Origin: Pseudovirgaria hyperparasitica | Taxonomy: Eukaryota | NCBI GenBank assembly: GCA_010093815.1 | Contig: ML996572.1 | Length of the DNA: 64,000 nt | Reading direction: 5' to 3' (one strand) | Shown: one piece after another, positions 25,115 through 38,110 of the stretch | Numbering within the stretch: position 1 is the first letter of the stretch | How the letters are laid out: the number at the start of each line of letters is the position of its first letter | The notes under the pieces: generated by a model | Seen by the model: only the letters and a program-made list of their open reading frames with translations | What the model was told of the DNA's origin: nothing | Databases searched by the model: none | Position numbers and translations under genes: made by a program

Positions 25115-27103
25115 ATGGAGTACGACAGTAAGACCGACGACAATGTGCTAGCCCATGCGGGCAGTCCAGATGTTGTACTCAAGCACGAAGTTGCACCCTC
25201 GCATACGAACGCGGCGGTATGGGATAATCGACAGACATATGGGCCGGCAGGTAATTGGTCTACAATGCTTACGACGAAGTTGGTTTGACAACTGCCAGGG
25301 TTTCGTGGTCTACTGTCGTCGCCTTATGTTGCGCTATGCGCAGCATTTTCTGCGATTGGGGGACTATTATTTGGTTACGACCAAGGCGTGGTGTCTATAA
25401 TTCTAGTTATGCCGCAATTTCTGGACTACGTCCCTCGTATTTCCAATGATGCTTCTGGGTCTGGTTTCTGGAAGGGTTTACTTACAGCAATGATCGAGCT
25501 CGGGGCACTGCTAGGTGCATTCAATATGGGGTGGGTTGCCGATAAGTGGTCTCGGAAGTACGGCATTGTCAGTGCCGTAGTCATCTTCACTATAGGATCT
25601 GCTATCCAAACGGCCGCTGTCGATTATGCCAGTTTGATTGTGGGTCGCCTGGTTGGAGGTATCGGAATCGGAATGTGAGTGGAACAACGAAAGATCATCC
25701 CGAGGCACCTTTACTAATCTAGTACAGGCTGTCAATGGTCGCCCCGTTGTATATATCCGAGATTTCACCTCCGGAGATCCGTGGAACGCTTCTAGTGCTG
25801 GAGGAGCTCAGCATTGTGTTCGGTATCGTTGTTGCGTACTGGATCACTTACGGCACCCGTGAGATTGCTGGGGATTGGTCTTTTAGACTGCCGTTCCTTC
25901 TACAAATCCTGCCTGGGGTAGTCCTTGGCATTGGCATACTATGGCTTCCGTTTTCCCCTAGATGGCTGGCCATGAAAGGGCGCGATCAAGAGGCATTAAA
26001 AAGTCTTGGGACATTGCGACAACAGCCGGAGTCAGACAGTCGTGTCATTCAGGAGTGGTACGATATCAGGGCTGAGGCCACATTCCAGAAAGAAGTCAGT
26101 CTCGAACACCACCCACTCCTGCACGCTACGGAGTCCAAGACGAACAGCATCAAACTCGAAATGGCATCTTTTGCCGATTGCTTCAAGAGAGGATGCTGGA
26201 GACGGACCATGGTCGGAATGGGTCTCATGTTCTTCCAGCAATTAGTCGGTATGTACCAAATGGTGGTGCAGTCTAAACGAGAGCTAACCTACTATTGAGG
26301 GATAAATGCTCTGATATACTACTCAAATTCACTCTTCGAGCTCATGGGCCAAGGCTATGAGACAAGGGTAAGTCCAGTCGCAATCATCCCAGTCTAAATG
26401 TGCAGCCTGCTAAACAAGCACAGCTCATTCTTTCCGGAGTGTTGAATGTTTTGCAACTCGTGGGAGTCTTAACGTCCTTATATACTATGGATAAGGTTGG
26501 AAGGAAGCCGTTATTGCTCATCGGTAGCGTCATGATGTGCATTTCTCACCTCATCATCGCCGTCCTTGTCGGGCTATTCGATGAGAGCTGGTCCTCGCAC
26601 AGGGTTGAGGGCTGGGTTGGCGTGGCTTTTCTATTTGCATACATGATCGGTACGCCAATTGATATGTTACGATGATAGTGAAGCTGACCACTAGACAGCC
26701 TTCGGGGCTTCATGGGGACCGGTCCCATGGGCTATGCCATCAGAAGTCTTTCCTACCTCTCTTAGAGCCAAAGGTGTAGCGCTGAGCACGTGCTCGAATT
26801 GTAAGGGAGTCTATTCCTGTGTCAGATGTGATCTAAATATCTACAGGGTTCTTCAATTTCATAGTTGGACTGATTACACCCCCAATGGTGCAAAACACTG
26901 GCTTCGGGGCATTTGCTTTTTTCGCCGTGTTTTGTTTTCTCTCGTTCGTGTGGACGTGGTTCTTCGTACCCGAGACAAAGGGAAGAACATTGGAGCAGAT
27001 GGACAATGTGTTCAAAGACGTTAGTAGCGAAGCTGAAGAGGAACGGAAGAAGAGGATTGAGATGGAGATCATGGGAAGTGAGGGGATCCAGGTGACGGTC
27101 TAG
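25115..27103 (+). CDS. MFS sugar porter family transporter (multi-exon)
   Basis: GGLLFGYDQG, ADKWSRK, PLYISEISPPEIRG, PFSPRWL, FFQQLVG, SWGPVPW.MPSEVFP and VPETKGRTLEQMD. Confidence 0.95.
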
Positions 27104-27643
27104 GATGGCCGTCATAGTTCATTATTCATACCGAAGTAAGATCTATCGTACCTTTCGTATATTCCAAGTCCGTACTTAGGACCGGCTCCGTGGCATTCAG
27201 TTTGTCAGATAGTATATATTTGGCAGGTCGTGATGTACGCACGTGGAACGGACCGGGCGCTTACCCCTCGCCCTCGCTGCAACGTGCACTTACAACCACG
27301 TCAGGGATCTGCGTCACGCCCAACTTCAACGTACTGACCGGGCTTCCTCGTAGTCTTCTATACTTCCACCTGCCAAAACGCAGAGGACACTTTGCGTATA
27401 TTCAGTATTCGAGGGGATCCTGATCCTGGTAGCAAGCTGTACCTGTTTTACTGGTTACGTGTTAAGGCCAGAACAAGAGCAATCTCGAAAAGCGCGTCGC
27501 ATCGCGAATAGTTGGAGCTGCAGTACTCTCCGATATCTCAATACCATCATCGACCTCTGCAGCCTGTACCTGCGACTATATCTTACCGCCTCATCCAGTC
27601 CTTATACAGTTCTCTGTAACCTGTAGTTTCCGCTCGAGTCAAG

Positions 27644-28252
27644 ATGTCTGAATTCTTTACCAGTCTTTGGGAGTCAATCTTCACACCAGGACCAACTCCA
27701 ACGCTTCTCATCGCAACGAATGCCACTTTCGGTGCTCTCTCTCTCCTTCTCGTCACCCTTCTTGTCGCTACCCAAAGCATACACTTCCTGATCTTGTCAA
27801 TACTCAGTGGAGGTCTATGGTGGGCAATAAATTGGTTTGCCACGGAGCTCAGAGCTGCACAAGCAAAAGAGGAGGAAGCGAAACAGATCAGACGCCGGAG
27901 CCGCGAGAAGGATATATCATTAGGGAATAGTGGCCCAGGGGTAGGGGCTATCGGTGGAGATGGAGAAGGCATGGACAGCGGAGACGACACAGAGACGGAA
28001 ATAGATGAAAGGCTCTCAAAAGAACCGCAGGCTGTACTTGGTGGATCAGGAGTACAGGCAAGGAACTCTGATACTCAGGGTCAACTGGCCGGCCAGCGTG
28101 GGCATGGATATGGATCAGGAGATCGATCAACGGCGGCGCAAACAAGCCTTATTCCACCCCGCGACGAAGGGATGAAGAAAAGAAGGAGTATGGCTGAGAG
28201 CGATGCGAGTTTGAGCACTGACAGCGAGTGGGAGAAGGTTGAGGAGGAATAG
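27644..28252 (+). CDS. PKR1: V-ATPase assembly factor Pkr1-like ER membrane protein
   Basis: FFTSLWESIFTPGPTPTLLIATNATF, two TM helices, SIHFLILS and LWWAINWF. Confidence 0.85.
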   Translation: MSEFFTSLWESIFTPGPTPTLLIATNATFGALSLLLVTLLVATQSIHFLILSILSGGLWWAINWFATELRAAQAKEEEAKQIRRRSREKDISLGNSGPGVGAIGGDGEGMDSGDDTETEIDERLSKEPQAVLGGSGVQARNSDTQGQLAGQRGHGYGSGDRSTAAQTSLIPPRDEGMKKRRSMAESDASLSTDSEWEKVEEE

Positions 28253-28623
28253 CGTTCACATCGTTCTGTTTGACTTGTCCTTGATGTTTCACATACCCAT
28301 AGAGACGCATGGCATTTCCCCAATGAAATAATTTTCCTTATGATACTCTCTATAGAGACATGAGGATTCTTTTGACAGGTCCAATGTTTGTGACGTGCTC
28401 ACGATTGCTTCTCCTATACTATTGCTTGAAGACACGTGATCTTTCGCACGGATGATTCTCGGTCTCCCCAGTGGCATGCACAGCACGATGTTGAACTTGC
28501 AGCTTCAAGCTTTCCACTTCTTCACGCGCGACCTTCCTACGCCGCGAGATCACATACGTCCGCTCGCGCATCCCATATCATTCCTATTCTCGACCCGACT
28601 CGTCTCAATCGTACATTATCAAT

Positions 28624-29152
28624 ATGAAGCTCGTCAGGTGGGTGTTCCAATATTCCGTCGCAATGTCTCCAAAAAGCTCGATCAGCCCGAACAACCTCTC
28701 GCGATACGCTGACCATGCACACCAGATTTCTCATGAAGTGTCAGAATGAGACTGTCACTATTGAGCTCAAGAATGGTATGTGCTCAAATATCTCCCGGAA
28801 TGTCTCTTAGTGCCAAGCCAACCATATATTCACAGGCACCATCGTCCACGGCACAATCGCATCTGTATCACCACAAATGAACACGAATCTCAGAACAGTC
28901 AAGATGACACCGAAACACCGTGAAACCATCGCCCTAGATACACTCTCTATTCGTGGATCGACGATTCGATACTACATCCTCCCAGACAGCTTGCCGCTTG
29001 ATACTCTTCTGATTGACGATGCGCCGAAGCCAAAGAACAAGGCTAGGAAAGAGGTGGCTGATCGTGGTGCGCCAGCGCGAGGTGGCCGTGGTCGGGGCGG
29101 ACCTCGTGGGCGTGGACGGGGCGGTGGTCGTGGTCGTGGTCGTGGATTCTGA
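28624..29152 (+). CDS. SMD1: Small nuclear ribonucleoprotein Sm D1 (2 introns)
   Basis: [52 protein letters not shown] and a C-terminal RG repeat tail. Confidence 0.97.
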
Positions 29153-29607
29153 TGAAGCAGGGCCTAAAGATGAGTTTAAAGATGACATAACCTGGGCAGT
29201 CTACATGTTGATTCGCATGACGGTGTGAGTTGAAAACTTCACGCTCGCGGAACATGTCAAGATATCTTGCCATCAAAAGAGCGCGTACAGGACTTTGGCT
29301 TCATACGGGAGTGCAGACAGATGAAAGTGGGAACATGGCCTAGTACTGGCGGCAACTCACTCTTCAAGTCTGTCTTCAATACAGTCGCGCCTGGGTGGAC
29401 TGATGTTCACAAAATACTATACAAGCTTCAAGAGCTTTCTTCATTCCAATCACCCCAATCTTCCCATTTAAGTGTCGATGCAAATTCATGTCATTGGTGT
29501 GGTTACTCCCGGACCCTATCAAACAGCAACCTCAAAGCAAATCGAAATCCTCATAGATTTACAACGCATAGCTAGAGCTCGAATTTGATATGCACTAAAT
29601 GAGGTCT

Positions 29608-30913
29608 CTATTCGGCATCCTCCGGCGCAACAGGTTTTGTGTTGTTCACCTGGATACCGCCACGCTTCTTCTCTCTACTATCCTTGAATGGGAGTCTCCA
29701 ACCCCCTTCACTCTCTGGCGTACTTAACCATAGCCGCATAAGATGCCTCCTTGGTGCCGGCGCCGGATAGTCTTTATACTCCGTCCTCGAGTGTAGTACA
29801 TGCTCGTTTGACAAAAATTGGATGTCGCCCACGTCCAGCACCATGTGCAGGCTCAGCCTCATACATGTGTCCTCTAACACCTGCAACGCCTCTGTCTGCG
29901 CTGCACTTAACGGCGGAATAATGCCCTTGTCCGAGAACCGGGCTAGGCTCCTCACATAGTACGGGTCCCATTTACTGTAAACCCTGCGCTCCGCCGCTGG
30001 GTTGGCCGGATCCGGCGCCTCGAGATAGAACACACTGGTGCGGATATACTCCTCTTCACCCGTACTCGTCTCGCCCTTGCGGTCAAAGTACCAGATCGGC
30101 TCCGTTAGCGTCTTTAGCACATCTGGGCGCTCCGTTCGCAACGTGTTATACACATGATGGCTGCTCACAATGTCACTCTCACCGCCCTCCAGCGCCTTCG
30201 CAACGCACAACAAGCCCACAATATCGCTGTCGTCGGCATGGAAGAATTGGCGCGCGTTGGTGCGGTAGATGCGCACTTTGTCAATCTGTGAGGCATCTTC
30301 GCCGAGGTCTTTGACATGTCCGAGGACGTGACCGCGCCCGTTCTGACTGACAAAGTACCCCAAGTACGTGCCGAGGCCCATGTATGCAACGGCAGACTTG
30401 CGATTGCCCCAAAGTTTCACGGGAAACCCTTTGAAGAGAATGAAGCCTTTACCGTTGAGGAGATCGTCACGAAGGGTTGTGAGCAGTCTTTGCAGCCCGG
30501 GTAGCGGAAAGTTGTCCTGGTGGGGGTATCAGCCTCGCTCTTCATATGCAGCTCTCTCGTCTCTATCCTCACTCCTAACTGGAATACACCTAGGTACTAC
30601 ATACCTTACTAATCCCCGTCAATGGTATGCCACTCTGCAGGAATACATCCGCTGTCTCGCTCAACTCGGCCACTTCCTCCTCGTTAAACACATACGTCCA
30701 GCGCTCTGGGTTTTTGGTGTAGTCCTCAGCTTTCCAGACCGTCGGTCCTATGATCTGCTTTGGGAACTTGTCGTACGGAACGAGGAGGTCGTATAGTGGA
30801 GGGTGTTGGCCTGAGGTGCGGATCCCATCGGGGAAGATGTCCTGGGGGACGGAGTTGTTGTTGGAGAATTGGTGAGGAGCTGTAGGTAGATTTTCAACGA
30901 GTCCGGGGACCAT
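29608..30913 (-). CDS. TauD/TfdA (clavaminate synthase-like) Fe(II)/2OG dioxygenase (1 intron)
   Basis: QFFHADDSDIVGLLC (HxD), GGESDIVS, NEHVLHSRT and RHLMRLWL. Confidence 0.9.
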
Positions 30914-31548
30914 CTTGAATCTCTTGAAGTGTTGGCTACTTGAGAGTTCAATGGGCGCATGTGGAATCTATCCTGACCGTGTGTATGCGAATATACGTGT
31001 ATGGTACTCGTAGTCCAGATCGAATGAGACGGGACTTATATATATTCTTACAGCCCCGCCTCATCCCTGTGGTCTGCCTAGCTCTGTGCGCCATGAGGCT
31101 GGCAGCATTGCGTGATTGTCATTCCAAGAGCCGTTCTACGGTTTCTGGACGTTTGTGATGGTGCCGTGTCGATCGATGGCGTGCTTGCACATGGTGATTA
31201 GGTAGCTATGCCATGGACCGGGGCCCGTGTGGGGTAAGGGTGAACAGCGGTGCTACGGTATAAAGTATACGCAGGAAGTGCCGAGAACATCAGTAGTTTG
31301 TTGGTTAGTCCAGAATTGGAGTGTATTATATGCTAAAATTGTGCTGAGGTTATGGATGTAACATGGACTTGCGTGTACAAGCTGAGAGAGTGTTCAAAAG
31401 TCACACATTCCATGGACAAGATTGGGTATCTTCATTTTAGAGGTTATCACAATCGAGGTCTCAAAATTCATCATATATGTCATGCGTCTCCACTCTTCAC
31501 TTGACCTGATGTCGCCACATCGCTCCACTGTTCTATTACCTTGAAAGC

Positions 31549-32865
31549 TTAGGCACCGTTATTCGTCGCCCATATCGGTGCGTTACACGTAAATCCCGTC
31601 GTTGTCCCATTCTCCACCGCGTCACAACAATAACTCGTCGGTGCGCTAGAATTACTCGAGACAATGACACCAAAGTTCTTCACATCGAACCCATAACAAG
31701 GACTCGCCTTGCTACAGTCCAAAGATACAGCAGCACCGCTCCTAGTCGTGCCAGACCAATTTTTGAGCGCGATATCATGGATGTTGAACTTGCTGGTATC
31801 GCATTCGCCTGTAGCACCTTGATAATTTGTGCACTGCGTGACCAGAAGTGTATTCGCAGTGTTGACGAGCTTGAAGTCTTCGAGAGTGATGTTCTGCATG
31901 TATCCAATACCGCCACCGCCGCCGTTTGGTGGATACCCCTGTGCGATACCGGTCCACGTCTTAAAATACGTGCCAAACTTGGTGCCTGAAGCCGTTAGGT
32001 TGCGGATGACGACGTTCTGGATGGTCTCGAAGGTATTTTTGTATTGTCCAATGGACCCGAACGCAATTCCTTGGCCCCTGTAGCAGATGCTGTTTGAGAT
32101 TAGGATGTTGGTGCTGTTGGCTTTGAGTGAGATACAGTCATCGCCATTGTAGACCACCCAACGGTTGAATGTGATGTTGTTTGCGTATATTGTATCTGCG
32201 CCGTCGGTGTTCGATGTGCCAGACTGGGACTTGAATCAGCTTGCCCTCGTACACACGTGAGATTGGGGCTACAGTACCTTATTGATTGAAGTTGTGTTGA
32301 CATATATGTCCTGAAGGAGCACATTCTCGGAGTGAATGACCGTCATGGTCCACATCTGACTGTTTATGAACCTTAGCCCCTCGAAGACTGCATCTTTGAC
32401 TCCGGTAAACGTAATCTGATGTGGTCGTCTAGGATAGTTGCTGGCGCCTTTGACAAAGTCGTACCATGCTTGACCATTTCCATTGAATGTGCCGTAACCA
32501 TGGCCTGTCCAATGGATTCCACTTCCGCCAAACAGCCAAGCTGAGGATTGGTTCTGGTAGCCGACTGGAAGGGAGTTGCTCAACCAGTAGGAGAGATTTG
32601 AGTTGTCCCATGCCAGCGTTCCTTGCAGATCGACATCCACATTTGAGAGACCGGTTATGTTCATGACACTACCAACTGTATAGGTTGTGTTCTGGAAAAC
32701 GACCTTACCTCTGCTCTGATTACTGTTGTGGCCGCATTTTCGAAAGGCATCGATGATTGCTGGCGCCGAGTCATCCAAGCCTGTAGGGACTACACATACT
32801 GCCGCGGCTGTGAGTGCTGGTAATGATGCCAGAGCAATTGAAACAACAGCTGTGGTGCCAAGCAT
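31549..32865 (-). CDS. GH28 exo-acting pectinase, RgxB/exo-rhamnogalacturonase-like (1 intron)
   Basis: Signal peptide, NTDGAD, NGDDCISLK, GQGIAFGSIGQY, YFKTWTG and GYPPNGGGGG.G. Confidence 0.9.
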
Positions 32866-33152
32866 GGTGAATGAGACAAAGTGCTGTTCAATGTCTTTGT
32901 AGCAGTGGCAGACTCTTTACCTCATCTATATCGTTCCGTCACGGCTTCTTTGTAGATTATTCGGTCGACACATAATACATGTTACCTTTGCGGAACAACA
33001 ATAAACCGAATCTGTCCGATATTGTCCTCGCATAGTACGTAAAGGTAACTAAGCGATGATGCGGGGAAACGTGAGAGGTCATCGCTCATCTTCTTGTTCC
33101 TGGCACTCGGTGCAGAAGTAGATCTTGACTTGCTACTTGGAAGCTTCCGCAA

Positions 33153-33161
33153 TCCACCAAT
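33153..33161 (+). promoter_or_regulatory. Candidate galacturonic-acid responsive element (GARE, TCCNCCAAT)
   Basis: TCCACCAAT about 290 bp upstream of the GH28 start codon. Confidence 0.5.
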
Positions 33162-33915
33162 AGAGATTCTTCCGTACCGACGTGCAAGAACATCGAAGAT
33201 CGTTAAGGGCCTGCTCGAGTCCGATACTCCATGAACCATATCACGTGCTTGCACGCGTGAGCGTCCAGGAAGGCCTTTGCCAATTATAGGTACCCATAGT
33301 CAGGAAGAGCGGCTTGCATTTGGGAGTTGCGATAATTGATCAAACATGGCCGATGTTGCTAAAATGACTCGTGGTGATGGGCCGAGGGATATCATCTGGC
33401 GGGAGCTCGGATCAGATAATGCCGACACATAGAAATAATTCATCCTCAATACGACGCCTGCTCTTTCTCTATGACTTCTCTGAGAACCTCTGACATCGAT
33501 ACGAATGATCTCATTCTTCCTTTTCGGATCCTAACTCATGCCTAGTGGTCGCGTCTGATTTACCATTCCGCAAAGCCTGGCAGTAATCCTCGAGAACCTA
33601 ATCGCCAATCTCTCTCAAGTATATTCTATGACGCTTTGCTTTCTGATGCCACAATATTTATATCTCACTGGACGCCGGGGTGGAGTCTCTCTTCTACGCC
33701 CGACATATGAAGGTGCAGCTGTCTGATCAGTTGCATTAGCATAAGTCTCTCTGGCAGTTTCAGCCACATTGTGAAGCTGAACGCGTGCCTCTGGGCTTTC
33801 TAGTCTGTCGTGCAAGTCCTTAATACAGCCAGATCTTGTGTCACAGCGCTTGTGGTGATTTAGGCTAGATCTCAAGCGATGCATTGATCTCCTCATCTGA
33901 TATTTGATCCACATA

Positions 33916-34961
33916 ATGCTTACCAGTCCCGATGGCTTCGAATATCAGCCTCTCGACACTGACGGCTCGGTCATTCGTCTATTGCGACTCGGTCGTGGCC
34001 GTGACCTTTCCGTGATACAGTGTACGCTCAAACACGTCTCTCTAGTCGGAGCAAATCAGATGCCCTACGAAGCCTTGTCATACACTTGGGGCGGCAAGCT
34101 CAGGAGCGTGCGTATTGAGGTCAACGGAGTACCTCACATGGTAACCTACAATCTCGCAAAGGCCCTTACGCATCTACGATATACCGATCAGAAACGACTG
34201 TCATGGGTCGATGCCATTTGCATCGACCAGTCAAATCTAAACGAAATAGTGATCAGGTCCAGCTCATGAAGCGGATCTTTAACCAAGCTGATCAAGTCAT
34301 CTTCTGGCTAGGCGACGCAAACCGCGATACCAACATTCTGTTCAACTCACTAAACCAGCTGCTTATGGAAAGCACCAAGAGATACTCTCAAACCTATCTA
34401 GACGAAGGGGAGTGGAGAGAAATATGGCAAGAGCTTCAATATAAGCGAGTTGTAGGACATAGCGAACCATATTTGACACTGCGACAAACGTCTGGCCTTA
34501 GGACTCTATTTGATCAACCGTGGTTCAACAGGATGTGGTTCATACGAGAAGTTGTGTTAGCACGCACAGCTGAGGTTTGTTGCGGCTACAAATCAACACC
34601 TGCTCGTATCTTTGCCCTCGCGCCCGTGGTACTTGGTATTTGGACTAGCCGATCCGTGATACTTGACATCATGCCAGGGTCATCTACAGTGAATCAGTGG
34701 TGGGTACCAAATTGAAATTTAGGCAATCGTCTTTTCCGATTCAGACAACATGAGGCCAGTGATGAATCGGATAGAATTTATGCACTGCTGGGCATAGCTT
34801 TAGACGAAGACCTTCACGATGCAATTAAGTTCGATTACTCAAATTCGCCTGTTTCTGTTGCTGAGGAGGCCCTAAACTTCAACTTCCCGGAGGTCGAAAC
34901 TTCTCCCTTGGGAGTGGATTATATGTTTGAGGTTATTTGCAAGGAACTAAAGCTAGAATAG
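33916..34961 (+). pseudogene. HET-6-type HET-domain pseudogene
   Basis: YQPLD..IRLLRL, YEALSYTWG and WVDAICIDQ, then a frameshift near 34247 to SDQVQLMKRIF. PWFNRMW follows, then an in-frame TGA at 34713-34715 before the conserved ASDESDRIYALLG. Confidence 0.8.
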
Positions 34962-35690
34962 ATGACAACTAACAAATTGAAGAAGAGGAAATAGACGAGA
35001 ATAATCATGAAGGAGAATGAGGGAGAAGCCTCTAAACAAACCATGACTATGGAAGCACCACACGCTGCCGATGTATTACTACTTCCAAGGTCATTGACAC
35101 ATCTGATTTGCAGGCAGGTCGCACTTCCAGCTATATGATACTGACTACCGATAATCCCATACGTCAAGATCTGTTTTCCACACGACCTATCAACAGCACT
35201 GCTACACAGTTCTTTGGCTTCTGCCATGAACTTTCTCACCTCTAGACATGGTCAAAGAGCCCTCTCGACCAATACTCGTGGATGAAATATGGCTCACCCC
35301 CTAACGGCAGTAACGCCTGCGCCGATTTTGATCCGAGATAGATTGCTCCGAGAAACGCTGCTTCATTAAGATGTAACGCATGATCTTCCTTTCACCCAAT
35401 CGTGACACACAGTATACACAACCATTCCTTGTTTGGACTAGTCGTGTCCACTCCAAGAATATCGGGTGGTTCGTTCCCCGCATCGTTCGGATATTAATCC
35501 CGATAACCTTAGACTGGACCCTCATAGGAGTCATGTAGATTGAAAACACGGTAATGAGACAGAATCCCGACCAGTAACTGTTTCGGTGGAACAGTGCCAT
35601 ATTTGACCGATATAACACTCAGGCGAACATCATGGAATACTTCTTATGTAGCCACTTCCAAACGAAGGTTTCCGCAGGCTGCACTTTAGA

Positions 35691-36746
35691 ATGTACTTCC
35701 TTCCTATCATCGCGATCTTCTCCTCGCTCTGCACCGCCGCTCTTCAATACCGCGGTGTCGACATCTCCTCCCTCCTCGTCACGGAACAAGCCGGCATAAC
35801 CTACAAATCGACCTCCGGCACCACCCAACCCCTCGAAACTATCTTGAAATCCTCCGGCGTCACTTCCGTGCGCCAACGCATATGGGTCAATCCTTCCGAC
35901 TCCATTTACAACCTCGACTACAACGTGAAGCTGGCGAAACGCATGCACGCCGCCGGGCTTTCCATATACCTCGACCTGCATTACAGCGACACTTGGGCCG
36001 ACCCTGCGCACAACAATGCGCCCACGAAATGGTCTAAATACGACTTGAACACCATGGCATGGGCAGCATACAACCACTCCCTGGCCGTCTCGAACCGCTT
36101 CGCCGCCGATAACATTCCCGTAGATATCATCTCTGTTGGCAACGAAATCGGCAATGGCTTTCTATGGCCCATCGGCACAACCACGTCTTACCCTTCTATT
36201 TCCAGGCTACTGCATTCCGCGGCATGGGGTATCAAAGACTCGACCCTGAACCCAAAGCCGAAGATTATGATCCACCTCGAAGATGGCTGGAGCTGGACCA
36301 AGCAGCAGTACTTCTACGACTCAGTGCTGAAGAGTACTACGGACGGACTGACGAGCAGTGATTTTGACCTGATTGGCGTTAGCTATTATCCGTTCTGCAA
36401 CGCCGCGGCGACGCTGTCCGCATTGAAAACGAGTTTGAAGAACATCAATTCGCGATATGGGAAGAGCGTGCTTGTAGTCGAGACGGATTGGCCAGTCAGC
36501 TGCCCAAACCCGAGTAACGCATTTCCGAGCGATGCCAAGAGCATTCCGTTCAGCGTGGCAGGGCAAACGACTTGGATCAAGACTGTTGCGGCAGCAGTTG
36601 CGCAGACACCAGGCGGGTCGGGGTTGTATTATTGGGAGCCGAGCTGGATTGGGAATAATAATTTAGGGTCGAGCTGCTCAGACGTGCTAATGGTCGAGCA
36701 GAACGGACAAGTCAGAGCGAGTCTGAATGCGTTTGGGCAGATATGA
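35691..36746 (+). CDS. GH53 arabinogalactan endo-beta-1,4-galactanase
   Basis: Signal peptide, LQYRGVDISSL, VRQRIWVNP, DLHYSDTWADP, SVGNEI, VVETDWP and YYWEP. Confidence 0.96.
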   Translation: MYFLPIIAIFSSLCTAALQYRGVDISSLLVTEQAGITYKSTSGTTQPLETILKSSGVTSVRQRIWVNPSDSIYNLDYNVKLAKRMHAAGLSIYLDLHYSDTWADPAHNNAPTKWSKYDLNTMAWAAYNHSLAVSNRFAADNIPVDIISVGNEIGNGFLWPIGTTTSYPSISRLLHSAAWGIKDSTLNPKPKIMIHLEDGWSWTKQQYFYDSVLKSTTDGLTSSDFDLIGVSYYPFCNAAATLSALKTSLKNINSRYGKSVLVVETDWPVSCPNPSNAFPSDAKSIPFSVAGQTTWIKTVAAAVAQTPGGSGLYYWEPSWIGNNNLGSSCSDVLMVEQNGQVRASLNAFGQI

Positions 36747-36860
36747 GGTTCATTTAAATCTTTCTGTCTACCTGTACGATAATTTATGAGTGACTGGGCG
36801 GATACTTGACTCCTGAGACGACTTAGAGAAATGAACACAATCTGCTATTGAAATAGCAAC

Positions 36861-37398
36861 CTACTTCGGCGAGGGTGCGGTATCCTGTCTCACAATCAAT
36901 CTCCACACTAAGCCTCGACCCTCGAACTCAGACTCACCAAATAGACCTGATAGAAGCTAAAGCGCACCTTGCCGTCCTCCTTGTTCAACACAGCCCTCGC
37001 AGCCCAATCCTTCGAGCAACTCTCTCCCGTCTTCATCACATAATCGACTGTTCCGTACAGCATGAACTCATTTGAATTCGGTCCGAATGGAAATACTTTT
37101 AATGGACTATGCCGACGTTGCTCAACCGCACTCCACATTACATGTCGCAGAGCGATTATATCTATTTAGTGTTAGTGTCGAAAAATGCGGTGTGAGTTCT
37201 ACAAGAATAGAGAGAGCATATACCTTGATGCCCAACGCATTTCTTTTGACCCATGACAAGTGGTGTGTCTGGCACGAAGTATTGTGCATATTCTTCATGA
37301 GCCGACGGGTTATCAGACACCTGATAGAACTCTTCAAAAAATGCTTTGTAGAGGGGATCGTACGGAACATCGGGGTACTGAGACTGGTAAGTGGACAT
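36861..37398 (-). CDS. Small SnoaL/NTF2-like fungal conserved protein (2 introns)
   Basis: YKAFFEEFYQVSD.P..HEEY..YF..D, MWSAVEQRRH...KVFPFG, EFMLYGTVDY, DWAARA and FYQVYL/DTA. Confidence 0.7.
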
Positions 37399-38110
37399 TT
37401 TTGAAACTGGAATGATGTTGTTTAGTATTGAAAATGTTGCAATTAAAGTAGTCGGTTAGAAAACTCAAGGTGGAGACATCAGTTGATGCATAACGTCGGT
37501 CGGCAATATATCCATCCGGATTAATGAACGGAATCGGGCCGAGGACGCTATGTCCGGATGCGGCATTTGTGACCTGCGACCATTGGGCGTGTAAGATTTT
37601 CAAGGTCTAAGATGTCTGATCGAAGAAGTTAGATGGGAGAGAGCGACGGAGGTATCTAGGCTGAGGGGTGTGAGACTGAGGGAAGTTGCCTCGTAAGATA
37701 ATCTAGACGCGTGCAGAACAGGGTGGTAGTCGGTACCTGTCTGGCGTTGTGAACGTAAACACAGAATGGATCGAGTTGTCGCAACGTGCGTCGCACCAAG
37801 GATGATCGCCCGTCTAGGATGCAGTTCGAGCCATTGAGTATATATGTGTTAGATGGAACATCCTGTGCTCAAGTGTGGCTCACTGGGCTGCTCAAAGTAA
37901 CTGGCCTGACTTACACCGTAGATGCGCATATTCACCCAGAACGAGCATCGTTCGGCTCAATTGAGCGATTCAATCACAATCATATACAACGGCACACAAA
38001 AAAATTTCAATGAAGTATGCTTGCTGTGCTGATGAGGATGTCTGCGTTATAATACATGTTTCTGCTTGACTCCTTCATAATTTCTCACGTGTTAAAAAGG
38101 TGAAAACCCC

